Shown: one piece after another, positions 39,841-54,800 of the stretch
Numbering within the stretch: position 1 is the stretch's first letter
Layout: each line of letters starts with the position of its first letter
Source: Azolla caroliniana
Taxonomy: Eukaryota; Plantae; Polypodiophyta
Direction of reading: 5' to 3'
Assembly (NCBI GenBank): GCA_043228905.1
Contig: JBHGNT010000003.1
Coordinates: 21,204,001 to 21,268,000, forward strand
DNA length: 64,000 bases
Notes under the pieces: model-generated
What the model saw: the letters and a program-made list of their open reading frames with translations, nothing else
The model's database searches: none
What the model was told of the DNA's origin: nothing
Translations under genes and position numbers: made by a program

Positions 39841-42800
39841 TATATGTTCCATTTTTTTTCCTCTAGTTTTTTTCTCTCTCTTCTTCTCTCTCCCATTCCT
39901 TGGGGGAAAAATAATATCTCATATTGATATCGGACCACTCCTTACATGGTTGTTGGCTCCTTTCTTTCAAGAATGATCTTTCATATTCATATCCAATCCA
40001 TTGTAACATGATTCTAGAATTATAAAGAATCTATTTTCTTTTGCAAGAAACAAACGTTTTCTCCCACCTATGTCTTATGTTTAAATCTTGCTTGTGTTGT
40101 ACGAGTGAGCAATAATTCCTTCCGATCCATAATCCTGGCGGTTCCGCCTCACAATCCGCTCATAGTGACGGATTTTCACGACAACGTAGAGGGAGTTGTC
40201 GGATTTCGACATTCGAAAGCCGATTTGATGAAGATATTGCATTATCTTCGAATGCCAAGCAAGCGGTGCTTGCTTAAGGCCGTAGAGAGGCTTCTTGAGT
40301 TAACATACGACATTCAGGTGAATGCTGGATTCGAATTCGGATGGTTGTACCATGTACACCTCCTCTTCTAATTTGCCTTGAAGAAAGGCGTTCTTTACGT
40401 CCATCTGATGGAGGTGCCACCCTTTCGCCGCTGCGAGTGCATTTACGGTCCGCACAGTCGTCATCTTTGCCACCACGGCAAATGTCTCTTTGTAGTCGAC
40501 TCCCTGTGTTTGTGCGTATCCTTTCGCTACGAGTCGAGCTTTGTAGCGGTTTATGGAGCTATCGGTGTAATACTTCACCTTGTAGATCCATCTACTGCCG
40601 ATCGCCTTCTTGTGTGGTGAGTGGGGGACAAGATCCCATGTCTTGTTTTTTGAGAGTGCTTGCATCTCCTCATTCATCGCTTCAACCCATCTGGGGCCCT
40701 TCGTGGCTTCGGAAAACGTTTCCGGCTCCCGTACTGCTGTTACCTTCATCATAAAGGTGTAATGGTACGCCATATAGTCATCGTAGCCGAATCGGCTTAT
40801 CGGGTTCTTTTCTCGGGTGGATCAGCGTAGCTTCTCGTTCGCAGAGACTAATGCTTTCTTCACTCCATTTGTGCGGATGTCAAGGCCTTCAAAGGCATTT
40901 TTGCCTTACCTTTGTCCATCTTCGGACTAGGCCGAGATGTTCTTTGGTCGCTTGGGGGCTCTTGTGGCCCACTAAGCCTTGTTGTAATCGGGCTTTCTTC
41001 GAACATGTGTTCGAGTCGATCTCCATCTTCTATCTCTTGTTTGACGTATTCTTGGTCGACTGAAAATGGTTCGGGAGGATTCGGCTCGGCTTCATACCAT
41101 GATGCCGATTCGTCAAAGACTACATCTCGGCTTATACGACCCTTCTGAGTAGAGGGGTTATAGCACTTGTACCCCTTTTGCTCCAGGAGTATCCCACGAG
41201 GATACACTTCTCCGACTTCGGGTCGAGCTTTTGTCGCTTCTGGTCGGGGATGTGCACGTATGCAATGGAGCCAAATATCTGAACATGTGATAGGTCTGGT
41301 CCGGCTTCTTTTCGAAAAACTTTTCATGCGGGGTAACCTCATGCATGCCGGATGTTGTACACTGATTCATTAGGTAGACGGTTGTGTTCGCAGCTTCTGC
41401 CTAGTCCGACTTCGACAGGTGCTTTTCGTTCATCATGGCCCATGCTACTTCGAGGATCTGGTGATTTTTTCATTCGGCCACTCCGTTATGTTGTGGCATA
41501 TGTTGACACGAAAACTCTCGTCGAATTCCTTCTTTTCGGAAAACCGCCGAAAATTTGTTGGAGAAGTACCCTTTTCCTCCATTTGACCGAAGACATCGTA
41601 CACGTTGGCCCGTTTCCTTTTCAACTCCGCTCTTGAAATTTTGGAAGTGTCTGAACACTTCGCTCTTTTGCCGTATGGCATAGCTCCAGGTGTGCCTAGA
41701 GAAGTCGTCAATGAAGGTCACGTAGTATCAGAATTCGCCGAATGTCGCGGTTTGAGCCGACCCCCATACATCAGAATGAATTACGTCGAGTACGCCTTTG
41801 CTCACGTTCCTCTCTTTCGGAAATGGGTGCCGATATTGCTTGCCGAATTGGCAAGCAGCACACACGCCTTCAATCTCTTTCTCTTTGAATGTCGAGAGCC
41901 CGATGACAACTCCTTTCGATTGCATCACCTTAAGCTTTTGAAAGTTGATATGGCCAATCTGTGCCATAACTCTATGTCGGAGTCGGCTTTCATGCCTTTT
42001 GCGAACATGGCCAATTTCATCTCGTTGAGAATGAACATTCGGCCCTCTCTTCGTCCACGAGCGATGAGTCGACCCTCTTTTTCCATGAAGCAACCCACCT
42101 TGATCAAATCGTACTTGCATCCCTTGCTCAACAATTTGGCTGACAAAGACCAAATTCTTTGTAATGGTTGGTACATGCCAGACATTCTTAATAAAAGTTT
42201 GGTTATCTTCTTTGCCGAATGGGACATTACCGATGTGTGGAATCAGATGCATGGTGTCGTCTCCGGTATCGTCATAGTCGGGTCGGTCCGGCTCTCGAAG
42301 TTCTCAAAACCATTCTTGATGAGACATCATATGGTTCAAGGCACCGGAGTCGACAAACCATACGTCTTCGGACTAGATGCGCTATTCGAAGTGGAAGCCG
42401 ACATAGAATTTGCTCTATGTCTCATCACGAACATTCTGCCACGGTTGTCATAGTCGGAGTTGGCGAGTTGTCGGCTAGTGGAAGCCGACTCGCACATCTT
42501 CTTATGACACTCTTCTTCGTGGTGGCCGATTTTGCTGCAATATCCGCGTTTGATCGAGTTTTATCTGCCCGGACCGGAATGGAAGCTCCCCCTTATTCCG
42601 AAGGTTCCTCGATGGCTTCCGTCTTGTTGTCGAAATTGCGAGTTGTTTTCATAAGTCGGGCCTCGTCTGCCTCGTCCTTGGCCGAATCGGCCTCTTGCTC
42701 GGTCGTGTCCTCTTCCTCCATTCGAATGCGTGTACAGCATGTGGCCTTCCAAGGCATTGCTCCTTGTTTGATCACGGTTTTCTTCAACCAACAACATGGA

Positions 42801-43899
42801 TTGAAGATTGAAGAAAGATGGAGGATTGTCTCGTGCTAGTACGACGGTCCTCATCGCACCGAACCGTGGTGCAAGGCCGTTGAGGCATATTTGCATCATT
42901 TCATCATCCTCCACATTGACGCTTATCGAGCCGAGTGCATCACAAAGGTCCTTCATCTCAAGGTGTGGCTTGTGATGGACATATCCCTTTGTTAGATATT
43001 ATTCAACTCTTGGCGGAGTTGAAGCTTTCTCGCGGTTATGTTGGCGGCGAAAATCTTTTGTAGATTCTCCCACGCTTCCTTCCGCGTCTCGACTTCTCGA
43101 ATGTAGCCAAGCATGTGGTTGTGAACACATGTCACCAAGCAATACATTACTCGAGTCGCCGCTTGCTCCCATGTTGAGTAGTCGGCGTCCTTCAGGTCGG
43201 GTCAATTTTCTTGTGCTCCATTGATGTAGCACCAATAGCCTTCGCTGACAAGGTATTGGTGCATCTTCTACTCCCAAGATGCAAAGTTGTTTCGGTCCAA
43301 CTTCTCACTAGGGAGAGCGCTCCCCATTTGAGTATTCATTGTCAATGAACATTGGTGTAGAACTGCTTTGATACAATGTAAAGAATCGAGTATGATTCTT
43401 GTGTAGCGAAAAATATGTGTGTTATGTGTATGTTTGAGAGGAAAGAGAGAAGAGAAGAGAAACACAAGATAGATTAGATAGAATGGGAACACAATTAAGT
43501 ACTCAAGAAGAAGATGTATATTCACAAGTAAAGTAAGAGATACAAAAAATGTAGCATTACAAGGAGTCACAACCGACTTAGTATGAAGTAGGAGAAGGGT
43601 GCTTTATATAAGGCCACCCTCTCTCTTCATTAACTCACTACAACAACAACTCTCTCTTGGGGAATGTGAAGACTCATAGTCGTGGGGAATATGTAACTCA
43701 TTAGTTATGTGTAATAGAATATGATTCTATGACACATAGTTAATATGTAGAGAGTAGTGGTGTGACTCTTGACCTTTGAGTAATCATAGATTCTCAAAAG
43801 GTGTGTTCACATATGGCACTATGTTGAGCTTGATTCTCAACAGAACATAATAAACGTGTTCGTGCAAGCGAACATGTTTGGAAACGATCACGTTTGAAA

Positions 43900-44940
43900 A
43901 GGAAAAAATGTGATGCTTTTTCTTTTCTTTTCTTGTTATTACAATTAGCTCACCCTAGTGGTAAGTTGTTATGTTATTGTTGTCTATGTCTTGGGTTTGA
44001 TTCCCATTTTTCTCATCTCGCTCTCGTTAGTGTCATGTCATAACTAAATTTTATGCTAGTGTCATCTTCCTAGTGGCATGTTGTTATGCTATTGTTGTCT
44101 ATGTCTTGGATTCAATTCCCAATTTTCTCATCGGTCTCTCATTAGTGTCATGTCATAGCAAAATTGTTTTTTAGTATGATTTTCCTTTTATTTTTATTTT
44201 TTGTTATTAAAAATTAGCTCACCCTAGTGGTAAGTGGTTATGCTATTATTGCATGTCTTGGGTTCGACCTCGATTTTTCTCATCTCGTTTGTGTCATGTT
44301 ATAACAAAATGTTATGTTAGTGTTATGTTCTTTTTCTTTCTTTCTTTGTTACTAGAAATTAGCTCACGCTAGTGGTAAGTTGTTATGCTATTTCTTTGTT
44401 ATTAGAAATTAGCTCATCCTAGAGGTAAGTTGTTATGCTACTTTTGCCTATGTCTTGGGTTCCATTCCTAATTTTCTCATCTCTCTCTCTCGTTAGTGTC
44501 ATGTTATAGCAAAATTTTATGTTGGTGTCATGTTTTCTTTATCTTCTCAAATATACATTTTATGAGTTTTTGAACGTTTGATTATAATTTATAATGACAT
44601 ATTTTGATTCAATCTCTATAGTTCATACTCCTTTTTTTGTAAAGTTCTAAAGTGACAAAATTGATACCTTCACTAGTTGCGAGATGAGAACATTGATAAT
44701 TGCCGAATGAGCTCATCATCAAATTATACAATTATGTCTTTGAACTATTTGATTTTTATGCTGCTGCTTTCTAATGTTTAGTAGTTAGGTAATTCCTAAG
44801 TTTTGAATTTTGAATTGTGTTGCCATTTGATTCAATCAATATATAATATACACTATAGTCATTTTTTGAAATTTCAAAATTTTTTTTTTCCAACTTTGAG
44901 ATGATTTACCATACACGTTTGATTTAATCATTCTATCATC
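43900..44940 (+). repeat. Repeat family D: ~4-5 degenerate ~130-150-bp tandem units with tRNA-like head, plus shared flank
   Basis: Units AATTAGCTCACCCTAGTGGTAAG...TTGGGTT(C/T)GATTCCC...TTAGTGTCATG at ~43943, ~44070, ~44212, ~44357 and ~44407. Confidence 0.82.
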
Positions 44941-45127
44941 TATGCATATACATATACATAAACATTTATAAAAGATATCCATTCATTAGTGTAAGCAATT
45001 TATAAAAACTATAGAGACACTAATGGAAGTAGGCGAACACTTCCATAGTTAGTGTGAAAACCATGGTCCATAGATTTGACATTATAATGGAAAATAGAGA
45101 GGACAAGCAAAATCCAAACCACCATGT

Positions 45128-45674
45128 TGTTGGGAAAACCAGGTCCCTCCTGATGGGACATGCCGAATCGATGACTAAACTTTGTCGAGGTCGAAACTGA
45201 AAATTGATTTCGTGACCAATTCGAGAGGCTATAATTGTAAATAGTCTAAAGGTGCCCCTATGGGCTATGTATGTAAATAACCAAAAAGTTGTTTTAGTAT
45301 AAAAACAACTAGGGGAAACTTTAAGTGTTGTGATTGATCATTGTAGTAAGAGTGGTTGTATAGAGACACAAAAGGTATTTTGCCTATGTAACTGTGTAAG
45401 AGAGAGTGTAAGAGTTAGTAACTCTATAGCCGTCAGTTAGACGAAGAAGAACTCAAGGTTGTTGCCTCCGAGTTTCTTATTGTACTTCTCCTCTATCATA
45501 GTGATTCTGTTTCTCGGGCTTCGTGGACCCCCGTCGTTTTTCCTAGTTCGGGTTTTCCAAGTAAAAGATATTGTTTCTCTGTATTTCATTTTTCTGTCTG
45601 TGTACTGTCTATCGAGATACTTTGCACCCAGACATTCGAAGCAGAACCGGTTGTGGCCGGTCATGATCCTAACA
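45128..45674 (+). mobile_element. Solo LTR distantly related to family A (547 bp)
   Basis: TGTTGGGAAAACCAGGTCCCTCC...CCGGTTGTGGCCG...CCTAACA; TSD CATGT/CATGC; shares TAGTATAAA..TAGGG.AAACT and GTAAATAG motifs with family A but has no 54-bp array. Confidence 0.8.
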
Positions 45675-46235
45675 CATGCCTCAAGTGAATACCGATAGGG
45701 GAAAGTAGATAACAAATATTCTAAGGTGGTGTTGCCATACCAGTTGAGACTCAATGTAACCCCATCAACAATGTTTCCGAGTTTCCACTTGCAAATGACA
45801 ACTAACACAACTAGAGGATACACCCATATTATGCATCCATGTGCCAACTGACAAGGCTCGATGCACAAGTAACCATTGTACATGAAGTATTTGTCATTAT
45901 TCTTTTCTTGCCCATTGGTTAACCCAAAACTTAGGAAGAAACTTCGGTGTAATACCCTGCTGACTCCAATATTAAAATGCAATTGGGATAACACATCTAG
46001 TCTGTCCCACAGAAACATGGGTTGCCCACCTAGTAGAGAATACTAGAGAAAATAAAAGTTGTTACGAGTAAATGGATTTGTCCACTAATAATCAACTGGG
46101 TCTCTCCATGCTAATCGGAACAAAGGTTGTCTACCCAACACTTATAACTTCCAATGTGACCTTATGGCCTCTATCGATGGGTCAATATACCATTTGCGAA
46201 CAACATAGCCTTTGACCCTTATCTTGTGTTCCAAT

Positions 46236-46486
<251 letters not shown>

Positions 46487-46576
46487 GTGTGTATGTGTAT
46501 GTATGTATATATAAGAGACACTGCCATAGAAACTTAATCTTCTCTTTTTGCTTGCCTTCTCTGTGTCTTACTCTTC

Positions 46577-46585
46577 AAACCCTAA
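46577..46585 (+). promoter_or_regulatory. Telo-box AAACCCTAA in the RPS23 5' region
   Basis: Exact motif ~85 bp before the ATG; telo-boxes are typical of plant ribosomal protein genes. Confidence 0.7.
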
Positions 46586-46661
46586 ACCCCCCCCTCCCCT
46601 CCCCTCTACTTCCCCTCTCCGGCAGACAGCTCTCGGCTGCTTCTCTACACAGTAGCCGGCC

Positions 46662-48124
<1,463 letters not shown>

Positions 48125-48287
48125 GTCTTCTGTTTTGCACGTCAAATTCAAATATATTATTTAGCTATGAACGGTTGTTTAGCTATTGTTTATGAGGAAT
48201 TGTCATTGATTTCGAAGAACTTTTGAGACTTTTCAATGGATGGAACACTATCAGTACTTTCAAGTATATCGCATGAATGCCACTTTT

Positions 48288-48896
48288 CCTGATTTGTTAA
48301 ACATCTCTGCACTGAGTTTTTGTTTCTATCAAACAGTATATTCCTTCCTCAAGGTTAGGTTACTGAAATTAACTGTTCATGTTGAAGTTTACTAGTTGGT
48401 GCTGAATACTGCTTTTTCTGATTTGTTAAACATCCGTGCACTGAGTTTTTGTTTCTATCAAACAGTATATTCCCTCCTCATCAAGGTTAAGTTAAAACAA
48501 CATTAACGGTGCATGTTGAAGTTTAGTAGCTGCATTATCTATTCGGTTATAATGTGCATTATTGCTAGTTTTCTAATTTCATTCTATCATACATCTTAAC
48601 CAGACCCTATTGATTAGTTTGCTAACAATTTGAAGGATAGGCTTACTGCAAAAACTAATTGCTGTTTGTTCTTTAATTGTCATGCTGTTATGTTTCTCTT
48701 TAGAAAGAGCAGTATGAATACCCTACATATGATAAAAACTGCAGCAATTGATTGCTGTTTACTGGAGGATAGGCTTACTGCAACAACTGAGTGCTGTTTG
48801 TTCTTTAATTGTCATGCCGTTTATGTTTCTCTTTAGAAAGGGTAGTATGAATACCCTACATATGATAAATACTGCAGCAATTGATTGCTGTTTACT
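48288..48896 (+). repeat. Two separate ~130-bp tandem duplications downstream of RPS23
   Basis: CTGATTTGTTAAACATC..GTTGAAGTTTA at ~48289 and ~48418; GGATAGGCTTACTGCAA..GATTGCTGTTTACT at ~48635 and ~48767. Confidence 0.85.
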
Positions 48897-51800
48897 CATT
48901 AATTGACATGTCTTTGCTGTCTTGCTCTTTAGAAAGAGTAACATGATACTAAATCTATCTTATTCGGAATGTGAAGGGTTTCTGAACTATTATTACTACC
49001 ATCGTTTGGAATAATGCAAAAGGCATCATGTCAATAATGACAATGAATTGGTCTTTTGGCATCAAGTAATGAAGTGCCCAATGTCAAGCATTGGATGGAA
49101 TGTTTATATGTTCAGAACAGTGAATGGCGAAATCAAGCCAAAAAATAAGGCTTCATATTATTGTATAATAGCTATATTTAGTAAATGCTACATAATTGGT
49201 AGGAGCACAGTTAAGCAATGCTATAACAAGCCACTAGACTTGCATTGTTTGTGTTCACAAGCACAAGCTACAATACTTGATGAGATTTGTTCTGCTACTA
49301 GATGACTAGCCCATAAAGAATTGTATCAATAATCAAGTGGTGTGGTCTTGTAGATTAGTTACTGATTTGTCTTATGAGCTAAAACTCATGGTTCAAACCC
49401 CTTCGAGGTCGTACTTAAGGTTAATCACGAGTTACAGTACGCTGGCCTAAATCATTTTTAGGGCTAATTGTGAGTTAATTTTTAGATTATCAAATGCTTG
49501 ATGGTTAATGTACCTAATTTGTTTAGAAGATTGGTCCTTTTTGAGTCAAGCTCATGGGTGGACGGCGCCCCACTGAGATAAAATGAGTTCGAGTGTGTGT
49601 TTTGGGTAATTATGCCTCAGAAAACTGCTTTTAGTTTGTGTTGGAAATGTTGGAGGGTTCATTTAGATTCTAAGTTACCTCTTAGTAAAATGCAAGATGT
49701 GGCCTGAAGCTTTACTTGGCTGAGACAGTTTGTCTTATGAGTAGAAGCTCATGGATTTGAGCCCAAACTGAAGATTTGTGCGATTCATGCGGCACCCACA
49801 AAAAAACACAATTAGTTTGTTATTGGAGCTACTAATGCATGCTTATCTCTTTGTGAGATTTGTGTTTACCTCCAAAAAGCTATAATTACAGTCGTGCGAA
49901 ATGCGTGCTGTGGTGTGGCATGTGAGTAGGTCTTGAATCACATGGGATGAAGAAGCTCTACCAAGATCATATTATAAATTTTGTTGGGTCTTTGTTAATG
50001 TTGTGACTTAATTTCTACTTAGATCTATGGTTAAATGAGTAATTACCAAAAGTGATAATCTGCACATTACATCTTGAATTTTAATGTCATTTCCTCTCTA
50101 ATCACATAGAAATCAAATCAATTGAGAAAATGGGTAGGAAGTTTGACATATTCTCCATGGATTAGACTGCTTATTGAGAATCATTATGCAAAGGCCATCA
50201 TCAGAGTCACAACATGATTCAAGTTCTGCACATCGATTGATCAACTAATACCCGGTAATAATGGTAGGAATTGTCCAAAAAACCTACTTCTTACATACGT
50301 ACGTTGGGGATATTCAAAAGCCAACTGTATGTTTATGATGCATATACTTCAAAATAAAGGTACAGTATTCTTTCCATGATCTTAGCTGTTGAATTTTACA
50401 GGCATGATCTATAACCTCCAAATCAAAGCAGTATAATTTCATTCTCATGTTGAGATTTACATGTAACTGCAACATGAACATAACTCAAGATCTTGGATTG
50501 TTTGATTCATTCTCTCAACAATACTATTCTGCATCAGACTTTAAATTTAATATGTATGGCCATGCATGAACTCACAATTTTCGATTCCTTATGCTTCATA
50601 GAGGATCCGGAAATTCATCGGAATCGAATGCCCCACCACTATCCAACCATTATTAGTCTAGCTTTAAAATACCTTCAATACAAGTCTGAATCTACTCTTA
50701 AGGAACTTCTTGAAGGTCTTCTCTTTGACCTTTCTTTGAGCATTTTATAGGCCTTTTTGGGATATGATTGTTGTCCATATGGCACCATGATAAGGTGAAA
50801 AAGACTAAGAGAGATGCATAATTCATTACAAGATCTTCACTTAGACCTTGAGAGCGATTTGCCGGATGTCGTGAGTTTTAACTACATATTAATTCTAGAC
50901 TACCATATTGAGGGTGTTTTCCGATCCTTATAAAAAAACAATGGCTACTAGAAACCAACATTAATATAACTGAAGGTTAGTGAAATATCGTCTACTTGGG
51001 AAGGTTTTGGTACTCTGAAAGGAAAGGTACCATACGAATACCATACAAGATGGATAATATATGCATTATGCATTATGTCCTCCCTAGGCTCTACTGCTGT
51101 CTACATATTACCTTGTTTGAGCATTGGCTTCCCATATTTCGCACAAATCTTAGATCGAAGCGCAGTATTGTAGGACCTACACAATGACACACTGAAGCCA
51201 TATGATCACCAAGCCCACAAAGGCAACACGCTGAAATCAAACTTGGTCGAAGCATTAATTGACATAGCAGCACATCATGGAAGATGTTAAAATTACAGCT
51301 GATTTGTAATGTCTAAGCTTGTAGACCAGCTTTAAATTTTTAAGCTATAGTTAGTTTGCATTAATGTCTTCACTTTTGAAAATGATGAAAACATTGTAGT
51401 TCCATGAATCCAAACTTTGGAAATATAGATCCTTTGGTAGGTATCCTACACCAAACTTGTTTAAAGGTGTCAAGGCATATATATTATGTATTGGATGAGG
51501 AGGATGCAACACTTTGAAGTGAAATTATGTAATCGTTTAAGTTACAAACATCGAAAAATGTCAGTTGCAATTCATTCGTCATGACCAATAATTAAGATAA
51601 ATGAAAGAATCCCAGCAGCTGTTTTGAGTATCAATATATTTCGTTCTTAAAAGCCAATCCTAAAAAGGGAACTTGTTTGCCACAACCATATTGATTGGTT
51701 TACGATGAAGATGATTGTCAAGTGAGTTAATGTTTAAACGTAACAATTCCAAAGTGGTTAAAATTTTAGGATTAATACATTTTCCAAAGTTAGATCAACT

Positions 51801-52322
51801 AAACTCAATCGATATATACATTATCCCGCTAGAGGAATACATTCTGAAGCAATTGCTTAGATTCAAATTACTCATGATAGGCGAAAATGACACATTATTT
51901 TAAATCGAGTGTGTAATTAATATGAGGTCCATGGGACATGATAAATTGGATAAGGTTCCACATGAGGATAAGTAATTTAAACATAACAAAAAAGAGAAAA
52001 CAAAATGGAGAATCACAAAAGCTGATCTATTGAAAAACGGTGATCACGAAATGCAGGACGAGTATATAAATGAGAGTTTGAGACAAAGTGAAGGTGCGTG
52101 GTGGTGGTATGCAATGCAAACAGATCTATATGTGATATCGATATCCCCAAGGCGATAAACCGAGAAGCCGTTTAAGGAGTTGGTTGAACGAATAGTGTAA
52201 AGACAAGACAAGACAAGACAAGACAAGACAAGACGGATAATGATGGTGTGAACGGTAGTTGTGATCCTCGAGCTATCTATATCTATGGGTAGACCCGAGA
52301 GATGGATCCGAGTTTTTTAGTG

Positions 52323-53132
52323 CTAGTAGATGCATGTGCATGTCCACACGGCTTGGCCGGACAAGGGGTTGTGCGAACCCAAGAGGTACGAGGGTCGGGG
52401 GACACAATCCCCGGGGCAATGTGGGCACTCATTATGGCATTTCGGGGGGTGAGAGCCCGGGAGGTGGGAGGTTCTACGGGTATTGTTGCCGGGAGTGACA
52501 CCACCGAGACTCTCGTCCTTGTCATCTGCAAAATTCAAAAGATAATGTGAGGCAAGAGCCATTAAAATGTGGTGTTGACCATAAGGAATATACTATCTCT
52601 CTCTCCCTCTCTCTCATGTTACACAACACTTCTATGCAAAAAAACCCTCATTTAACTCTCCCTCTCTAAATCTAGCAAAGATTTGATTACCATGGTCCAT
52701 ACATAGCAAAGATTGATACAATGGTACCTACAATGGAATATACATATACTCTTTCTCTCTAAATCTAGCAAAAGATACATTCAAAATTTCAATGTTGTGT
52801 GTGTGTGTGTGTTTTGTGCACACACCTTGGAATATATACTCTTCTTTCTATCTTTCAAGTTTCAACTAGAGAAACTCTAACTAGCTTATCATTGTCATTG
52901 TTATGTCAGAAAACATTCAAATCTGGACCCAAGGAAAAGAAATGCTCTGTTTTTGTTTGGTTTTATTTATTTATTTATTTATTTGACAATCAGACATTGT
53001 CACTTATATGTTGTAAAATCCCACCTTACCTAGAAGATTTGACTCTTTGCAGGGGATTAGAGAGAAGAAACTCATGAGGATGAGCATGAGGAGAAGAAGA
53101 GTGCAATAGAAAGGCATCTGATGATGAGCCAT
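52323..53132 (-). CDS. EPF/EPFL-like secreted cysteine-rich peptide precursor (~101 aa); exons 53132-53030 and 52525-52323
   Basis: Signal peptide MAHHQMPFYCTLLLLMLILMSFFSLIPC; phase-1 GT-AG intron; mature domain PGSHPPKCHNECPHCPGDCVP..AVWTCTCIY* fits the EPFL pattern GSxPPxC-x3-C-x2-C..C..WxCxC. Confidence 0.85.
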
Positions 53133-53280
53133 TATATTTCACATGTGTTTGAGAAGTGTGAAATTGATATGGAAGGGATAGATCTTCTAAGTTCTAACTA
53201 AATAAATAGAGAGAAAAACTCGAAGAGGTTGAAGAGGAGATCCAAATATATGTTTTCTACATGACTTTATTTGCATATAT

Positions 53281-53328
<48 letters not shown>

Positions 53329-53959
53329 CACGCACGTGTTAGAATGTTTTGTTTCGGACGCAAACATGATGGAGCCATTGAATTCGGAACTCATGAATCG
53401 GGAACAAAACCATATAGTTTGTGAGCATAACTGGATTGGATAGACACTCGGTTTCAGTCAGTTAGTTCAGCCCTCGACTTTGTCGGTTGGAAAATTTTCA
53501 TTGAATGTAATGAAACACTACTACTATACATATACATTACAGTGCACATGTCCTATACATCTCATGGTCCTTCCTCGTTAACCTACTACTACCGATATTT
53601 ATATATATATTGACATATGCAAAATAGGTCAGGAAAACTATGCAAAATATGTGGTCTACACACTATAGTGTTAAGCAAATAGGTCGGATACATAAAAATA
53701 GTGTTTGCTTCCATGGTGGTTGTGTAATTGATTCATTGGAATTCATTAAAATGTACGTCTAAAATGCAACACTTGTGGTTTTCTCATGTCCGCATTTGAT
53801 ATTCTCAAGTTTTCTGGAACACTTTTTGGGGACCGAATTTATATGTTTGAGAAAGATGAAAAAAGAGAGGGGGGTACAATGTATTGGTTTAGAACTAACT
53901 AGAATTTTAGAAAATTGTTACCAAACCTAGACAAAGGGAGGAGTTTCTCCATTGATAAT

Positions 53960-54800
53960 TTTTAACAAATGTTCATTCGAGTCAAGATGTCATGTATTCT
54001 CATAGATTCGGCATGTCACATCTTAATCTCCATAGAAATTAGTGATTATGCTTCCTTCCCTATGTACTAGAACCCCCTTCACACTATCAAAACGCACCCC
54101 TTCACATCATGATGTAAATAACCACCTCTCTAGCTTTGTCCTTCGTCCAATAGATCATGTATACCAAGCGCTATCCTTCAAAATCAATGTTTGCCTTGGG
54201 TATACTTTCCCATACATTGGTAACCACTTGATCCAACTTGCCAACAATATATGATTCTTCCATTGGCACTGATCAATTATTTTGTCAGAAAATTGTCGTG
54301 ACTAGAACGTAATGAGATGCGTGCATCACTGCCATCATGAACCATCTCACCAATCCACAACTTGAATTATCTGTGGTCTTCCATTTTGATTCCATCTGTT
54401 GGGTCCCATTTGACTGTTGTGAAATGAGTTCGTCCAATGGCTATTTCACTCACATACACACTCTCCCCTTGGTTAATGTAAAAAATTATAGAGAAAGTTA
54501 TATCTTTAGAGTATAAATATGCCTTTGGATATTTGACTATAAGTGTCCAATATTGTAAAAAAAATATGACAATGTGGATGTCGTATGTGAAAACAACTAG
54601 TCGCATCATATAGTGGACATTGCGTATAGGACTGAATAGTTTTAGTATTAAAATTGTCAATGAAGAAATGAGAGCGAGAGACGAGACGATAGTATTTTTG
54701 GGGTGGTCAATCTGTTCACACCCCATTTAGACAACGAAGGTTCTAGTGAATGATATCGAAATCCTTAAACCTTTCCTTTATTGCCAATTCTTTTGTATAT
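53960..54800 (-). mobile_element. Possible highly degraded LINE endonuclease/linker remnant
   Basis: Only weak motif resemblance (GIKMEDHR ~ SDH; VVTNVWE); many stops. Confidence 0.3.

Larger units (their letters stand above)
35147..40183 (+). mobile_element. Solo-LTR-like element, family C (~1.5 kb without the nested hAT), inserted in copia 2 RT
   Basis: TGTCGTG...CACGACA termini; TSD ACGT (35143-35146 / 40184-40187); removal rejoins the RT (..DNSLYVQNDSKSPIVIIL..). Confidence 0.87.
32844..43842 (-). mobile_element. Ty1/copia element 2, full-length but degenerate, with nested insertions
   Basis: 466-bp LTRs 32844-33309 and 43377-43842; TSD GAACA on both sides; degenerate PBS TTGTATCAAAGC; PPT next to 33309; gag, integrase, RT ([23 protein letters not shown]) and RNase H (YCDNMSSI, RTKHIEVHYHFIRE) fragments. 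Confidence 0.96.

Noticed and set aside
35147-40183. Novel LTR-ended element encoding a hAT transposase
   Set aside because: The transposase lies within its own TIRs and 8-bp TSD (35407-38922), so it is a nested hAT insertion.
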